Below, one piece after another: positions 55,305 through 64,000 of a stretch of DNA of 64,000 nt. The position numbers were made by a program, and so were the translations under genes. Below the pieces are notes generated by a model. That model had not been told where the DNA came from and did no database searches. It saw only the letters and a list, made by a program, of their open reading frames with translations. Source of the DNA: Bdellovibrionales bacterium (lineage in GTDB: Bacteria > Bdellovibrionota > Bdellovibrionia > Bdellovibrionales > JAUICD01); contig CBDANC010000014.1 of the NCBI GenBank assembly GCA_965197425.1, forward strand, positions 256,001 to 320,000, written 5' to 3'. The first letter of the stretch is position 1. Each line of letters begins with the position of its first letter.

Positions 55305-56495
55305 TTACTCTACTATACTGGTAACCACACCTGCACCCACAGTTTTACCACCTTCTCTAATGGCAAACCTGAGACCTTTCTGCATCGCAATTGGAGCTAT
55401 AAGTTCAACCGACATGTCGGTGTTATCCCCAGGCATAACCATCTCAGTACCTTCTTTTAGAGTTACCATACCTGTTATATCAGTTGTTCTAAAATAAAAT
55501 TGCGGTCTATATCCCTTGAAAAAAGGAGTGTGTCTTCCACCTTCTTCTTTGGTCAAAATATATGCCTCGGCTTTAAATTTTTTGTGTGGTTTTATAGATC
55601 CAGGTTTACACAACACCTGTCCTCTTTCCACATCATCTTTTTTTGTACCACGAAGAAGTACCCCTACGTTATCCCCAGCCTGGCCTTGATCTAATAGTTT
55701 TCTAAACATCTCAACCCCAGTTACTGTAGTTTTTGCGCTCTCTCTAATCCCTACAATTTCTACTTCTTCATTCACCTTAACAATTCCACTTTCGACTCTA
55801 CCTGTTACAACAGTCCCTCTACCAGAGATGGAAAATACATCTTCTATTGGCATCAAGAAGTTTTTATCGATATCTCGTTTAGGCTCAGGTATACATGTAT
55901 CACACTCACTCATTAGTTTTAAAATGGAGGGTTTGCCCATGTCAGAAGTATCACCTTCCATAGCTTTTAGAGCGGACCCTCTAACTATTGGTACATCGTC
56001 TCCTTTAAATTCATACTTAGATAGAAGTTCTCTAACCTCCAACTCTACTAAGTCTAAAAGCTCAGCATCATCCACTTGATCACACTTATTCATAAAGACC
56101 ACAATAGCTGGCACACCAACCTGTCTTGCAAGTAGAATGTGCTCTCTTGTTTGAGGCATTGGACCATCTGCTGCAGATACAACCAATATAGCTCCATCCA
56201 TCTGTGCAGCCCCAGTAATCATGTTTTTTACGTAGTCAGCATGACCTGGGCAGTCCACATGGGCATAGTGTCTTTTTTCTGTTTCATACTCCACATGAGT
56301 TGTGGAAATTGTAATACCCCTTTCCTTTTCTTCTGGTGCCTTGTCTATTTGCTCATAGCCCATTGCCGTAGCACCGCCAGTTTCGGACAGAGTTTTAGTA
56401 ATAGCCGCAGTTAAAGTTGTTTTACCATGATCCACATGACCAATAGTTCCGATATTTATATGCGGTTTTTTTCTTTCAAATTTCTCTTTTGACAT
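55305..56495 (-). CDS. tuf: Elongation factor Tu
   Basis: [21 protein letters not shown]. Confidence 0.99.
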   Translation of the reverse strand: MSKEKFERKKPHINIGTIGHVDHGKTTLTAAITKTLSETGGATAMGYEQIDKAPEEKERGITISTTHVEYETEKRHYAHVDCPGHADYVKNMITGAAQMDGAILVVSAADGPMPQTREHILLARQVGVPAIVVFMNKCDQVDDAELLDLVELEVRELLSKYEFKGDDVPIVRGSALKAMEGDTSDMGKPSILKLMSECDTCIPEPKRDIDKNFLMPIEDVFSISGRGTVVTGRVESGIVKVNEEVEIVGIRESAKTTVTGVEMFRKLLDQGQAGDNVGVLLRGTKKDDVERGQVLCKPGSIKPHKKFKAEAYILTKEEGGRHTPFFKGYRPQFYFRTTDITGMVTLKEGTEMVMPGDNTDMSVELIAPIAMQKGLRFAIREGGKTVGAGVVTSIVE

Positions 56496-56572
56496 CTAAG
56501 CCTCTCCTTTTAAAAAAATAAAATTATCATATATAACTACCACAAACATAGCCCAGCGATCTAGAGCAAACA

Positions 56573-56647
56573 TGGAGCCCACGACGAGAATTGAACCCGT
56601 GACCTCACCCTTACCAAGGGTGTGCTCTACCTCTGAGCTACATGGGC
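56573..56647 (-). tRNA. tRNA-Thr(GGT)
   Basis: Anticodon loop ttGGTaa, TTCAA, CCA end. Confidence 0.95.
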
Positions 56648-56723
56648 ATAACAAAACCCACACCCAAAGCACCAACAAACTCCAAACCACAAGACTAAGC
56701 TTTAACTTACAGTCTCTAGCTCA

Positions 56724-56800
56724 TGGAGCGGGAAACGAGACTCGAACTCGCAACCCTCAGCTTGGAAGGCTGATGCTCTAGCCAATTGAGCTATTCCCGC
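56724..56800 (-). tRNA. tRNA-Gly(TCC)
   Basis: tcagc-ctTCCaa-gctga, TTCGA, CCA end. Confidence 0.96.
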
Positions 56801-57005
56801 ACAAACCTACTTACTCAAACAAAGCCTCATTAACGCCATTTTAAAGGCTTATTGTCAATATCAATTTTTATACCAGCTTTTACGTAGGCTATGCACTCAA
56901 GACTTAGGCTATACAATATTAATTAAATAATAATCAATTAAAAATTAGGCGATGTAATATTAATTTCATTAACAGTCATGATTTTATATTATAGGGAGAT
57001 ACCTA

Positions 57006-57390
57006 TCACGCATAGAGCTGGGCAACCACTTGTATAAAAAACCGACTGCAAAGGAGGTCCATCCAATTGGATAATATAAAGGTTTATCCCGTAAGCCAAT
57101 TGAGCCAAAGTAGGCAAACCGACCATTGAGTAAGCCCTTAAGTGACTGTGTCAAAACGTAATTCGTTTATCAAAAACTGGCAAAGCCAGTTTGTTGCTAA
57201 GCTCAATCAATGTTGAGGAAGACCTTTAGTTACGGGATCAGCATCGTGTACAGTGCTGGGCAACCACTCGGATAAAAAACCGACCGCAGGGAGGTTACTT
57301 CAATTGGATAATATAAAGATTTATCCCGTGAGCCAATTGAACCAAAGTGAACAAGTCCACTTGTTTTTATCCTCATTCGGAAGACCTTTA
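57006..57390 (+). repeat. Largest composite of the dispersed repeat (degenerate M2+M3, then M1, then M2+M3); end overlaps the ald stop
   Basis: Two caattggataatataaag.tttatcccgt.agccaattga cores; ggaagaccttta at 57217-57228 and 57379-57390. Confidence 0.9.
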
Positions 57391-58494
57391 TTCTTCATAT
57401 TTCTTGTATTGCATATTTAAAGCAGATGCCACAGGCTCATATGTTATAAATCCATGATAAATGTTAAGGCCTTTTTCAAGTTTTCTATCTAGCTTTATTG
57501 CACCCTCAATTCCATTATCTGCTAAAAGAAGCGCATATGACAGGGTGGCCCCGGTTAGCGCATAAGTGGATGTTCTTGGAACAATCCCTGGCATATTTGG
57601 TACACAGTAGTGAATCACACCTTGATATGTAAATGTTGGATTCGAATGGCTAGTGGGTTTACAAGTTTCGATGCACCCACCTTGATCTACAGCTACATCC
57701 ACCACAACTGAACCAGGGCTCATTTGTTGAATTATTTCTTTAGTTACAAGCTTAGGGGCCTTATGCCCAGTGATTAAAACCGCCCCTATTAAAAGATCTG
57801 CTGACTTTGTCTCTTCAACAATATTTTTATGATTGGAGTAGAGAGTTAAAATTCTTTCAGAGTAAATATGATCTAGGTACTCTAGCCTATCACGATCTAT
57901 GTCCAAAACAGTGACCTTGGCTCCCATTCCAACCGCTATTTTGAGTGCATTAACACCTACTACACCTGCACCTAGGATCACTACATTAGCTCTGTTCAGA
58001 CCAATGGAGCCTCCTAACAAAATTCCTTTGCCACCCATGTTTTTTTGAAGCAATTGAGCCCCTATTTGGGTTGTCATTTTTCCTGCAACTTCACTCATAG
58101 GAACTAGTAGTGGAGTTTTTCCAGCATCATCTTCTATTGTCTCATAGGCTACTGCACTTACCTTTTTTTTACATAAAGCCTGGGTAAGCTCTGGCTCATT
58201 AGCCAGATGAAGATAACAGTATAAAATTTGATCTTCTTTTAAAAAAGGGTATTCGGATGGTTGAGGTTCTTTTACTTTTATTATCATATCAGAGGATTTA
58301 TAGACATCCTCCTTACTACCTAAAACTTTAGCCCCTGCTGTTATATAAGCTTGATCTGTGATCCCACTTGCAAGCCCGGCATTTTTTTCTACAAAAACCT
58401 CATGGCCATTTTGAACAAGAAGGCCAGCACCGGTTTCTGTGATACCAACCCGGCTTTCATCACCTTTTATTTCTTTTGGAATACCTATTAACAT
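57388..58494 (-). CDS. ald: Alanine dehydrogenase
   Basis: IGIPKEIK..E.RV, KVKEP, PMSEVAG, DVAVDQGGC, VPNMPG. Confidence 0.97.
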   Translation of the reverse strand: MLIGIPKEIKGDESRVGITETGAGLLVQNGHEVFVEKNAGLASGITDQAYITAGAKVLGSKEDVYKSSDMIIKVKEPQPSEYPFLKEDQILYCYLHLANEPELTQALCKKKVSAVAYETIEDDAGKTPLLVPMSEVAGKMTTQIGAQLLQKNMGGKGILLGGSIGLNRANVVILGAGVVGVNALKIAVGMGAKVTVLDIDRDRLEYLDHIYSERILTLYSNHKNIVEETKSADLLIGAVLITGHKAPKLVTKEIIQQMSPGSVVVDVAVDQGGCIETCKPTSHSNPTFTYQGVIHYCVPNMPGIVPRTSTYALTGATLSYALLLADNGIEGAIKLDRKLEKGLNIYHGFITYEPVASALNMQYKKYEE

Positions 58495-58686
58495 AATTAT
58501 ATACACACAAAACAAACACGCAAAATCAAAGCTACTCCATTTTGCTTATAACAAACTCCACACCTAACATTAATATTCAGTTTAGTTATCGGTCTATTCT
58601 TCCTTTCTTTCCAGCACACAGTACCATGTTGGGCTTAACAAGAAATGAAATGGGTTGTTAAACTGATTTCTATTTTACTCTGCATA

Positions 58687-59019
58687 TCATTCATTATTAG
58701 GGGGCATGCAATACGACACCGCAGTCCCCTGTAAAGTATTACCTATCAATTTACAAGAAGCCCTGTTCTCACTCGCAACCCTATCTTTAAGCTCGTCTAT
58801 AGCTGCTCGAATCTCAGATTCAGTTACCTGTGAATCTACTTCTGTACGAATACAAGCTCTTTCGTCGTCCTCTAAAGCATCTTCTTGAGCCTGTGTACAC
58901 TCATCAAGCTTTGCGAGCTCTTCTTTTAGTGAAATAGTAGGCTCTGTAGTTTTATCATCACACCCTGTTAGTAAGCTTACAAAAAAAACAAGCACTACGG
59001 CTTGTGAAATTCTCTTCAT
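58687..59019 (-). CDS. Small 4-Cys lipoprotein, paralog 1
   Basis: GGGAGG RBS, lipobox LTGC, LDECTQAQEDAL..C..NRASCK..YC. Confidence 0.8.
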   Translation of the reverse strand: MKRISQAVVLVFFVSLLTGCDDKTTEPTISLKEELAKLDECTQAQEDALEDDERACIRTEVDSQVTESEIRAAIDELKDRVASENRASCKLIGNTLQGTAVSYCMPPNNE

Positions 59020-59122
59020 GATAATCGTCCTCCCAAAATTAAATACTTGTAAAGTCATATATACAAGCACACACATATAACATACAAATATATAAATTAT
59101 ATAAACAAACCTTTATATAAAT

Positions 59123-59155
59123 AAAAAAGCGAGAGTTTTATAGCCTCGCTTTTTT
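59123..59155. terminator. Intrinsic terminator
   Basis: aaaaaagcgag...ctcgctttttt. Confidence 0.75.
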
Positions 59156-59211
59156 ACAATATATCTATATATTATATTCAGGGTCATTTAATAATCTAAA
59201 AATATCTATGT

Positions 59212-59637
59212 TTAATTGTCATCACCGGTTTGTGCTCCTTCTTCTGCTACATTTTGTGGTGAACAGTACCATAGTTGTTCGATAAACCCGTCACGATATG
59301 TCCATTTACACGAACCTCTATTTCCCCTGACAGCTGTATCGCGAAGCCTTTCAAACGATTTTATAATGTCGGCTTCAGTCGCTCCATATTCATCTACATG
59401 AACACAAAGGCCCCCTCCAACATCGTTGGGGTTATTACCTGCTAAGGTCAGTCCAGGACCCGGATCTAGGTCTTTTTTTTGAGGATCTGTACACTCGTTA
59501 AGGCCCGCAACCTCTTCTAGTTTAAGCTCTGGCGGTGTTGGTGTGGCTGGCGGTGTGGAAGGCTTATCCTTCTCGTCACATCCTATTAACAAGCTTACAG
59601 AAAAAACAAGCACTATGGCTTGTGCAATTCGCTTCAT
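59212..59637 (-). CDS. Small 4-Cys lipoprotein, paralog 2
   Basis: Lipobox LIGC, LNECTDPQKKDL..C..NRGSCKW..YC. Confidence 0.8.
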   Translation of the reverse strand: MKRIAQAIVLVFSVSLLIGCDEKDKPSTPPATPTPPELKLEEVAGLNECTDPQKKDLDPGPGLTLAGNNPNDVGGGLCVHVDEYGATEADIIKSFERLRDTAVRGNRGSCKWTYRDGFIEQLWYCSPQNVAEEGAQTGDDN

Positions 59638-59739
59638 AATAATTATCCTCCCAAAATTAAGTACTTATAAATTCATATATACAGGCACACACACAAACAT
59701 GTAAATATACAAATGCATAAATACATAAATTATATATTT

Positions 59740-59994
59740 AAGCTTAGTTTCCTCATCGCTTTAAATACTTCTTGTTCCCTTGTTTCTGTAATTATACCAG
59801 CTATACCATGCCATTATTATCTCTGGTCGCTTTTAAAGCACTCTTTTGTGGTTGGTTGCATTCAGAAAGAACACATCTGACTGAAAGCTTTATACCTGAA
59901 CTTCTATTATCCTGATTTGTAGCATCCTTATCGCCACAATCTACTAGCATAATTGCTACAAAAACAGTAACATAACTACGACAATATTTCTTAT
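59740..59994 (-). pseudogene. Decayed paralog of the 4-Cys lipoprotein family
   Basis: ATA in place of a start codon, frameshift in the signal, LVDCGDK..LSECNQPQKSAF, stops, then EQEVFKAMRK. Confidence 0.6.
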
Positions 59995-60039
59995 AAATAT
60001 CTCTTATATTTTAGTTTGCTTTTTATGATTTCCATAAAC

Positions 60040-60070
60040 AAAAACCGAGAAGATTACTTTCTCGGTTTTT
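60040..60070. terminator. Intrinsic terminator
   Basis: aaaaaccgagaa...ttctcggttttt. Confidence 0.8.
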
Positions 60071-60098
60071 GTTATTAGTCAAATTCTAACCTAACTGT

Positions 60099-60461
60099 TT
60101 ATTCCGCTGCTTCTTCCTCTGCCGCTTCCCCTCTGCAGTAATATAATACACTTGCCCATTCCCACTTGCAGTCAACTCTATTTTCTAATTCTTTATCACG
60201 GATAGTCTTAAAAGCTTCCTCATCTTCTGTAGAAGCACAGTATAGTTGTGCATTACTTGAAAGAGGATCGTTTCTTCCTTGTATCCCGCCAAGGTCAACG
60301 TTTTCATCGTCACCTTGTATATCTAACGCATTTTTCTGATCTCCAGTACACTCATCAAGGTCTGCCACATCATCGACTGTAAGGCTTGCTGATTTTTTGC
60401 CGCACCCTACTAGTAGGCCTACCGAAAAAACAAGCACCATTGCTGTTAAAATACTCTTCAT
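60099..60461 (-). CDS. Small 4-Cys lipoprotein, paralog 3
   Basis: Lipobox LVGC, LDECTGDQKNAL..C..NRVDCKW..YC. Confidence 0.8.
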   Translation of the reverse strand: MKSILTAMVLVFSVGLLVGCGKKSASLTVDDVADLDECTGDQKNALDIQGDDENVDLGGIQGRNDPLSSNAQLYCASTEDEEAFKTIRDKELENRVDCKWEWASVLYYCRGEAAEEEAAE

Positions 60462-60892
60462 AAAAATTACCTCCCATCTAAATGCACAGTCAAACGACCA
60501 TACAAATACCTGCCCAATACCAAGGTGTCAATACTAAAAACTCCTACAAGGTCAGGTCAACCAAAAAACCCAAGTCACCACCAATTAACGCCAGTGACGG
60601 CCAACACTACCAACACTAACGGAATTATTTCAACAAATATTTAGATCAAAGCCAATAAACACAAGATTTCTCAAAATTACACTATAAGATATACAAAATA
60701 AGCCATTATAAAAAACCAAAAATAACTTCAAAATCTAATCCTATTTTTAAAACAAAAGGGTTTTTATTTTCTAATAATATACCCTTATTTCAAGTAGATA
60801 CAGCTCTAATCCTCACACCATAAGATCAAATATTATGCCCTAGCTACGCAAACACAGAAACTCGGCTTACCATCCACACTTATATAATTGTA

Positions 60893-61299
60893 TTATTGAG
60901 CCCTGCATAAAAAGTTTATATAGACATTATTAACACTTATATACCCAAAACAAAAAGATTCGTTTGCACTTCTTGCAGCATTGACATGTTCATTAAACTT
61001 TTCATCAGTTATTACAATTTGCATATTTGAAGAACCAGAGGTTGCTGAGGTCATCCTAGCGCAGTTTTGCGTAGCATTACCCCTTCCTAAAGCTAATGTT
61101 TGTGCGTTGGAACATCTACGGTTATTGGTATATGTAAAATAATAGCGAGCAAAGTCACTCTTAATTTGAGTTAAATCACTAGTTGGTTTACATATCCAGC
61201 ACCACTTGCCGGGGTTTGTGGCTTCTCATTATCTCCTCCACAACCAGAAAGTACAAAGAAAGAAAAAACACCAAAAATTGTAACCAAACTACTTTTCAT
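60893..61299 (-). pseudogene. Frameshifted Cys-rich lipoprotein, divergent family member
   Basis: MKSSLVTIFGVFSFFVLSGC..., then after one frameshift near 61190 CSNAQTLAL..NC..ANESFC..LCRAQ*. Confidence 0.65.
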
Positions 61300-61616
61300 A
61301 AAACCACCCCCTATGAACATCAGTCCCAGCTAGCACAAACGGCTAAAAGCAACCTCAAACTTTAATCTAAATAATACTGAAAAATTACTAAACTGAAAAC
61401 TAATTACCAAAAATAATTATACTTTTACAAAAACAACCTAACAATAGGTACTTTAACTTTTCTTTTTAAAACAGTGTATTTTTGAAAATATGTCCTTATT
61501 TCAAATAGATATAGTTTAACTTTAACAAGGAAAATACAAAAAAGTCAGTCTTCAAGGAATAAATGGGCGGTTTAGGGGATAGAAAGGGTCATTAAAAAAA
61601 GAGAGTAAACAAACAC

Positions 61617-61641
61617 CAAAAGGGGCCTGAAAGCCCCTTTA
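61617..61641. terminator. Intrinsic terminator
   Basis: aaaaggggc-ctgaaa-gcccctttt. Confidence 0.75.
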
Positions 61642-61716
61642 GTAAGCAAAGTAGTTGGTCTCTATCAAAGGCTACCACTGATTTTTCCCCCAGTGGCGCA
61701 ACTTGGCTTAGCCTTA

Positions 61717-62145
61717 TTACTCAACACAAATGTAGTCGGTACCACTATCTGTGTGAGTACACTTAGCCTCACCATCACCAACAGTTAGCGCATTAACGTC
61801 ATCTGTTTCGTCCGCCTCAGCACATTTACTAGGACTAGCGCCATTAGCAGCGGCAAAGTCAAAACTGCCACTACACGCTTCAAGGGCAGGGGTGACAGGG
61901 GTGGTGGCGGTAGATGCTGCCGTTTGAACACAAGTGACATCTTTTTCGTCGTCACCTTCTCCTTCGGTAGTAGTACACTGTTTTTCATCTGTCTCTAAAT
62001 CATCTTTTTGAGTTTTTACATCACCCTCATTACTACTTTCCACACAACTGCCTGCAACGTAGTTATCACCACAAGAAGACAGGTCGTCTTTACCACATGA
62101 CGCTACAAATACCAGCGACAATATGATCATTAATTTCTTCATCAT
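61717..62145 (-). CDS. Acidic lipoprotein with two tandem 4-Cys domains
   Basis: AAGGAG RBS, lipobox VASC, L..C..C.E...CT.T..CV occurring twice. Confidence 0.8.
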   Translation of the reverse strand: MMKKLMIILSLVFVASCGKDDLSSCGDNYVAGSCVESSNEGDVKTQKDDLETDEKQCTTTEGEGDDEKDVTCVQTAASTATTPVTPALEACSGSFDFAAANGASPSKCAEADETDDVNALTVGDGEAKCTHTDSGTDYICVE

Positions 62146-62235
62146 AACTCCTTTATATCTAACAAGTCCTTCGCAACATCCCGTGGCAAAACAGCTGGAT
62201 TCTTCTCAGCGCATGGACCAAACCTACCAGGGCAA

Positions 62236-62264
62236 GACTAGCAAACCCAAAAATTACTGTCAAT
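62236..62264 (-). promoter_or_regulatory. Putative sigma70 promoter
   Basis: TTGACA-N17-TAGTCT about 90 nt upstream of ATG 62145. Confidence 0.5.
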
Positions 62265-62382
62265 ACTATTTTTCGCAAAAAACCCAGAAAAACTTAAGTC
62301 CAAAACTTCAAATTGCGTTCGAAACGATCCATAAAACAAGTCTCCAACTAAAGGTTAATAAGGTTATCTTGTATAAATTGTA

Positions 62383-63867
62383 CTAGCCCTCATAGGATAT
62401 AAAAACTACATCTTCTTCCATATTAAGGCCGTTTGGTTTTAGTTTTTCATTTCTTATTATAACTACTTTTTTATCTTCTCTAGCCTCGCTCGCCATGAAA
62501 TAAAATAAGCTGCAACCCAAAGTCACCAGATCACGTCCACATGAATCAGGCGGTCTGATTTTATCAATGTCTTCTTCTTGAATAAATGATTGGACAATTT
62601 CTTTAACTTCCAAAAGAGCGTGTTCGCACTCTTCCAAAGATAGCCCTGGCTCAAAAATTGGTATAAAACGCAATAATCTTGACCTCTTACCATATAATCC
62701 ACACTGTATGCCCGATATGCCCATAAGATCAGGCAGTTCTAAGTAAAGTTTGTTAACATTTTTTTGAAGCTTCAAAGTCTCCAATGATGCCAAACTTAAT
62801 GCTTTATAGTTTTGTGAAGCCTCTTCCCTCATCCCAACTTCTTGCAAGTACATGCCCTGAAAGGGAGTAAAAGAATTATGAACAGACAAGTTAGGTTGCT
62901 TTATAAGATGTAAATACATCTCTCCTGGCGTCTGATCCCAGTCAATTTCAACCGTCAGTTTACCCTCATTTTCGTGAATATCCTCATTTCTATTTCCTAT
63001 GACAATATTCTGAAAAGCCTTCACACCTAAGCTACGCTCCCTACTGACTGCATGAGAGAAATATTTTCCAGGTCTCCTTAGCTCTTCATCTAATTTTGAG
63101 ACATGCCATAAAGTCTCAAGAGCACTTTTGAATTCTATATCATCTATATTGTCGTGCTTTAAAATTCTAGTGTCAAAATAGCTTTCTAAACCCAACACCC
63201 TATCACTACTTATTCTCTCCCTTGCAAATATGGCTTTGAGCCTGTCAGGAGACATAATCACATCACGTACGATGGTAACCCAATTGTCCACAGAAACATC
63301 AGGGCCAGTTACTACATGCAGCTTGTCTTCAACGCCAATCACATAGTCAAAAAAAACATCCTCTCCATCCTCTCCATCCTCTACTCTTCGATTGATAATT
63401 TCTATACTGCCAATTGATATTATTGAAGTATTTTGCGGAAAACTATCCAGAACAGTAGCTTCCACTAAATTTTCGATAGAATCAGAACAACTGTCTTGAG
63501 TTACATCCTCACTACACACAACATCCACACCTAATCTATCGAGCAAATACCACACCTTCTGAGACAATTCTAAAGACATAGGTGCTGATTGACTACGGTT
63601 TTTGGAATCTTCAGAATCTTCAGAGTTTTTAGAAAAATACTCCAACAATCTACCCTGCACCAGCCAATTACTTCTCCAAACTTCAGAAGTTAAGTTTATA
63701 ATTTGATCTGCAGAAAGCCGGGCATCAGCTTCTTCATACACCACATTTTCTTCCTCAGGTTCCACCTCAAAATGAGAAGTTCCACCGGAACCTGTGTTTT
63801 TATTTTCCTTACTGTCTCCGCAAGAAACCAAAAATATTAAAGCTACCAATATAAAACCATATCTCAT
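62383..63867 (-). CDS. Hypothetical lipoprotein
   Basis: GAGGA RBS, lipobox LVSC, 494 aa, no recognised domain. Confidence 0.7.
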   Translation of the reverse strand: MRYGFILVALIFLVSCGDSKENKNTGSGGTSHFEVEPEEENVVYEEADARLSADQIINLTSEVWRSNWLVQGRLLEYFSKNSEDSEDSKNRSQSAPMSLELSQKVWYLLDRLGVDVVCSEDVTQDSCSDSIENLVEATVLDSFPQNTSIISIGSIEIINRRVEDGEDGEDVFFDYVIGVEDKLHVVTGPDVSVDNWVTIVRDVIMSPDRLKAIFARERISSDRVLGLESYFDTRILKHDNIDDIEFKSALETLWHVSKLDEELRRPGKYFSHAVSRERSLGVKAFQNIVIGNRNEDIHENEGKLTVEIDWDQTPGEMYLHLIKQPNLSVHNSFTPFQGMYLQEVGMREEASQNYKALSLASLETLKLQKNVNKLYLELPDLMGISGIQCGLYGKRSRLLRFIPIFEPGLSLEECEHALLEVKEIVQSFIQEEDIDKIRPPDSCGRDLVTLGCSLFYFMASEAREDKKVVIIRNEKLKPNGLNMEEDVVFISYEG

Positions 63868-64000
63868 GTCATATCCTCTATTTTTTGATCTAATAATTCT
63901 AAAAGCTCTATATGTCCATCAAGTGATAGCTCAAGAGAACCCCATGTTTCTTCCATTTGAATCAACATATCTTGATGCTGAGCTATCAAAGCATCTCTAG

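Noticed and set aside
54784..62145. Diversity-generating retroelement (Avd-like gene plus variable lipoproteins)
   Set aside because: No reverse transcriptase and no TR/VR pair differing only at adenines was seen in the window.

Overview
64 kb of an AT-rich bacterial chromosome. Gene content (tadC-DUF192-FHA/TPR cluster, ndk-pilF-rodZ, deltaproteobacterial-type rpoB/rpoC) suggests Bdellovibrionota; this is inferred, not searched. Most of the window is housekeeping: pheS, ung, speA, tatA, ndk, sucCD, mdh, uppP, pyrD, fadE, lysS, fbaB, tmk-holB-tatD, rpsG-rpsL-rpoC-rpoB-rplL-rplJ, tuf, ald and four tRNAs. Four things stand out. (1) A dispersed, modular, hairpin-rich intergenic repeat family occurs at 8 loci. 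Most copies end in GGAAGACCTTTA or a variant, abut start or stop codons, and in two operons carry a short ORF overlapping the flanking genes. (2) A tandem array of small 4-Cys lipoprotein paralogs (58.7-62.1 kb) has conserved signal peptides, divergent mature parts and two disrupted copies. (3) The ribosomal superoperon is broken: no secE-nusG-rplK-rplA or fusA, with a four-helix-bundle gene and lipoprotein genes in their place. (4) There is a histone-H1-like pentapeptide-repeat protein and a tandemly amplified Fic promoter. No CRISPR-Cas, transposase, integrase or reverse transcriptase was recognised. All calls were made by eye.
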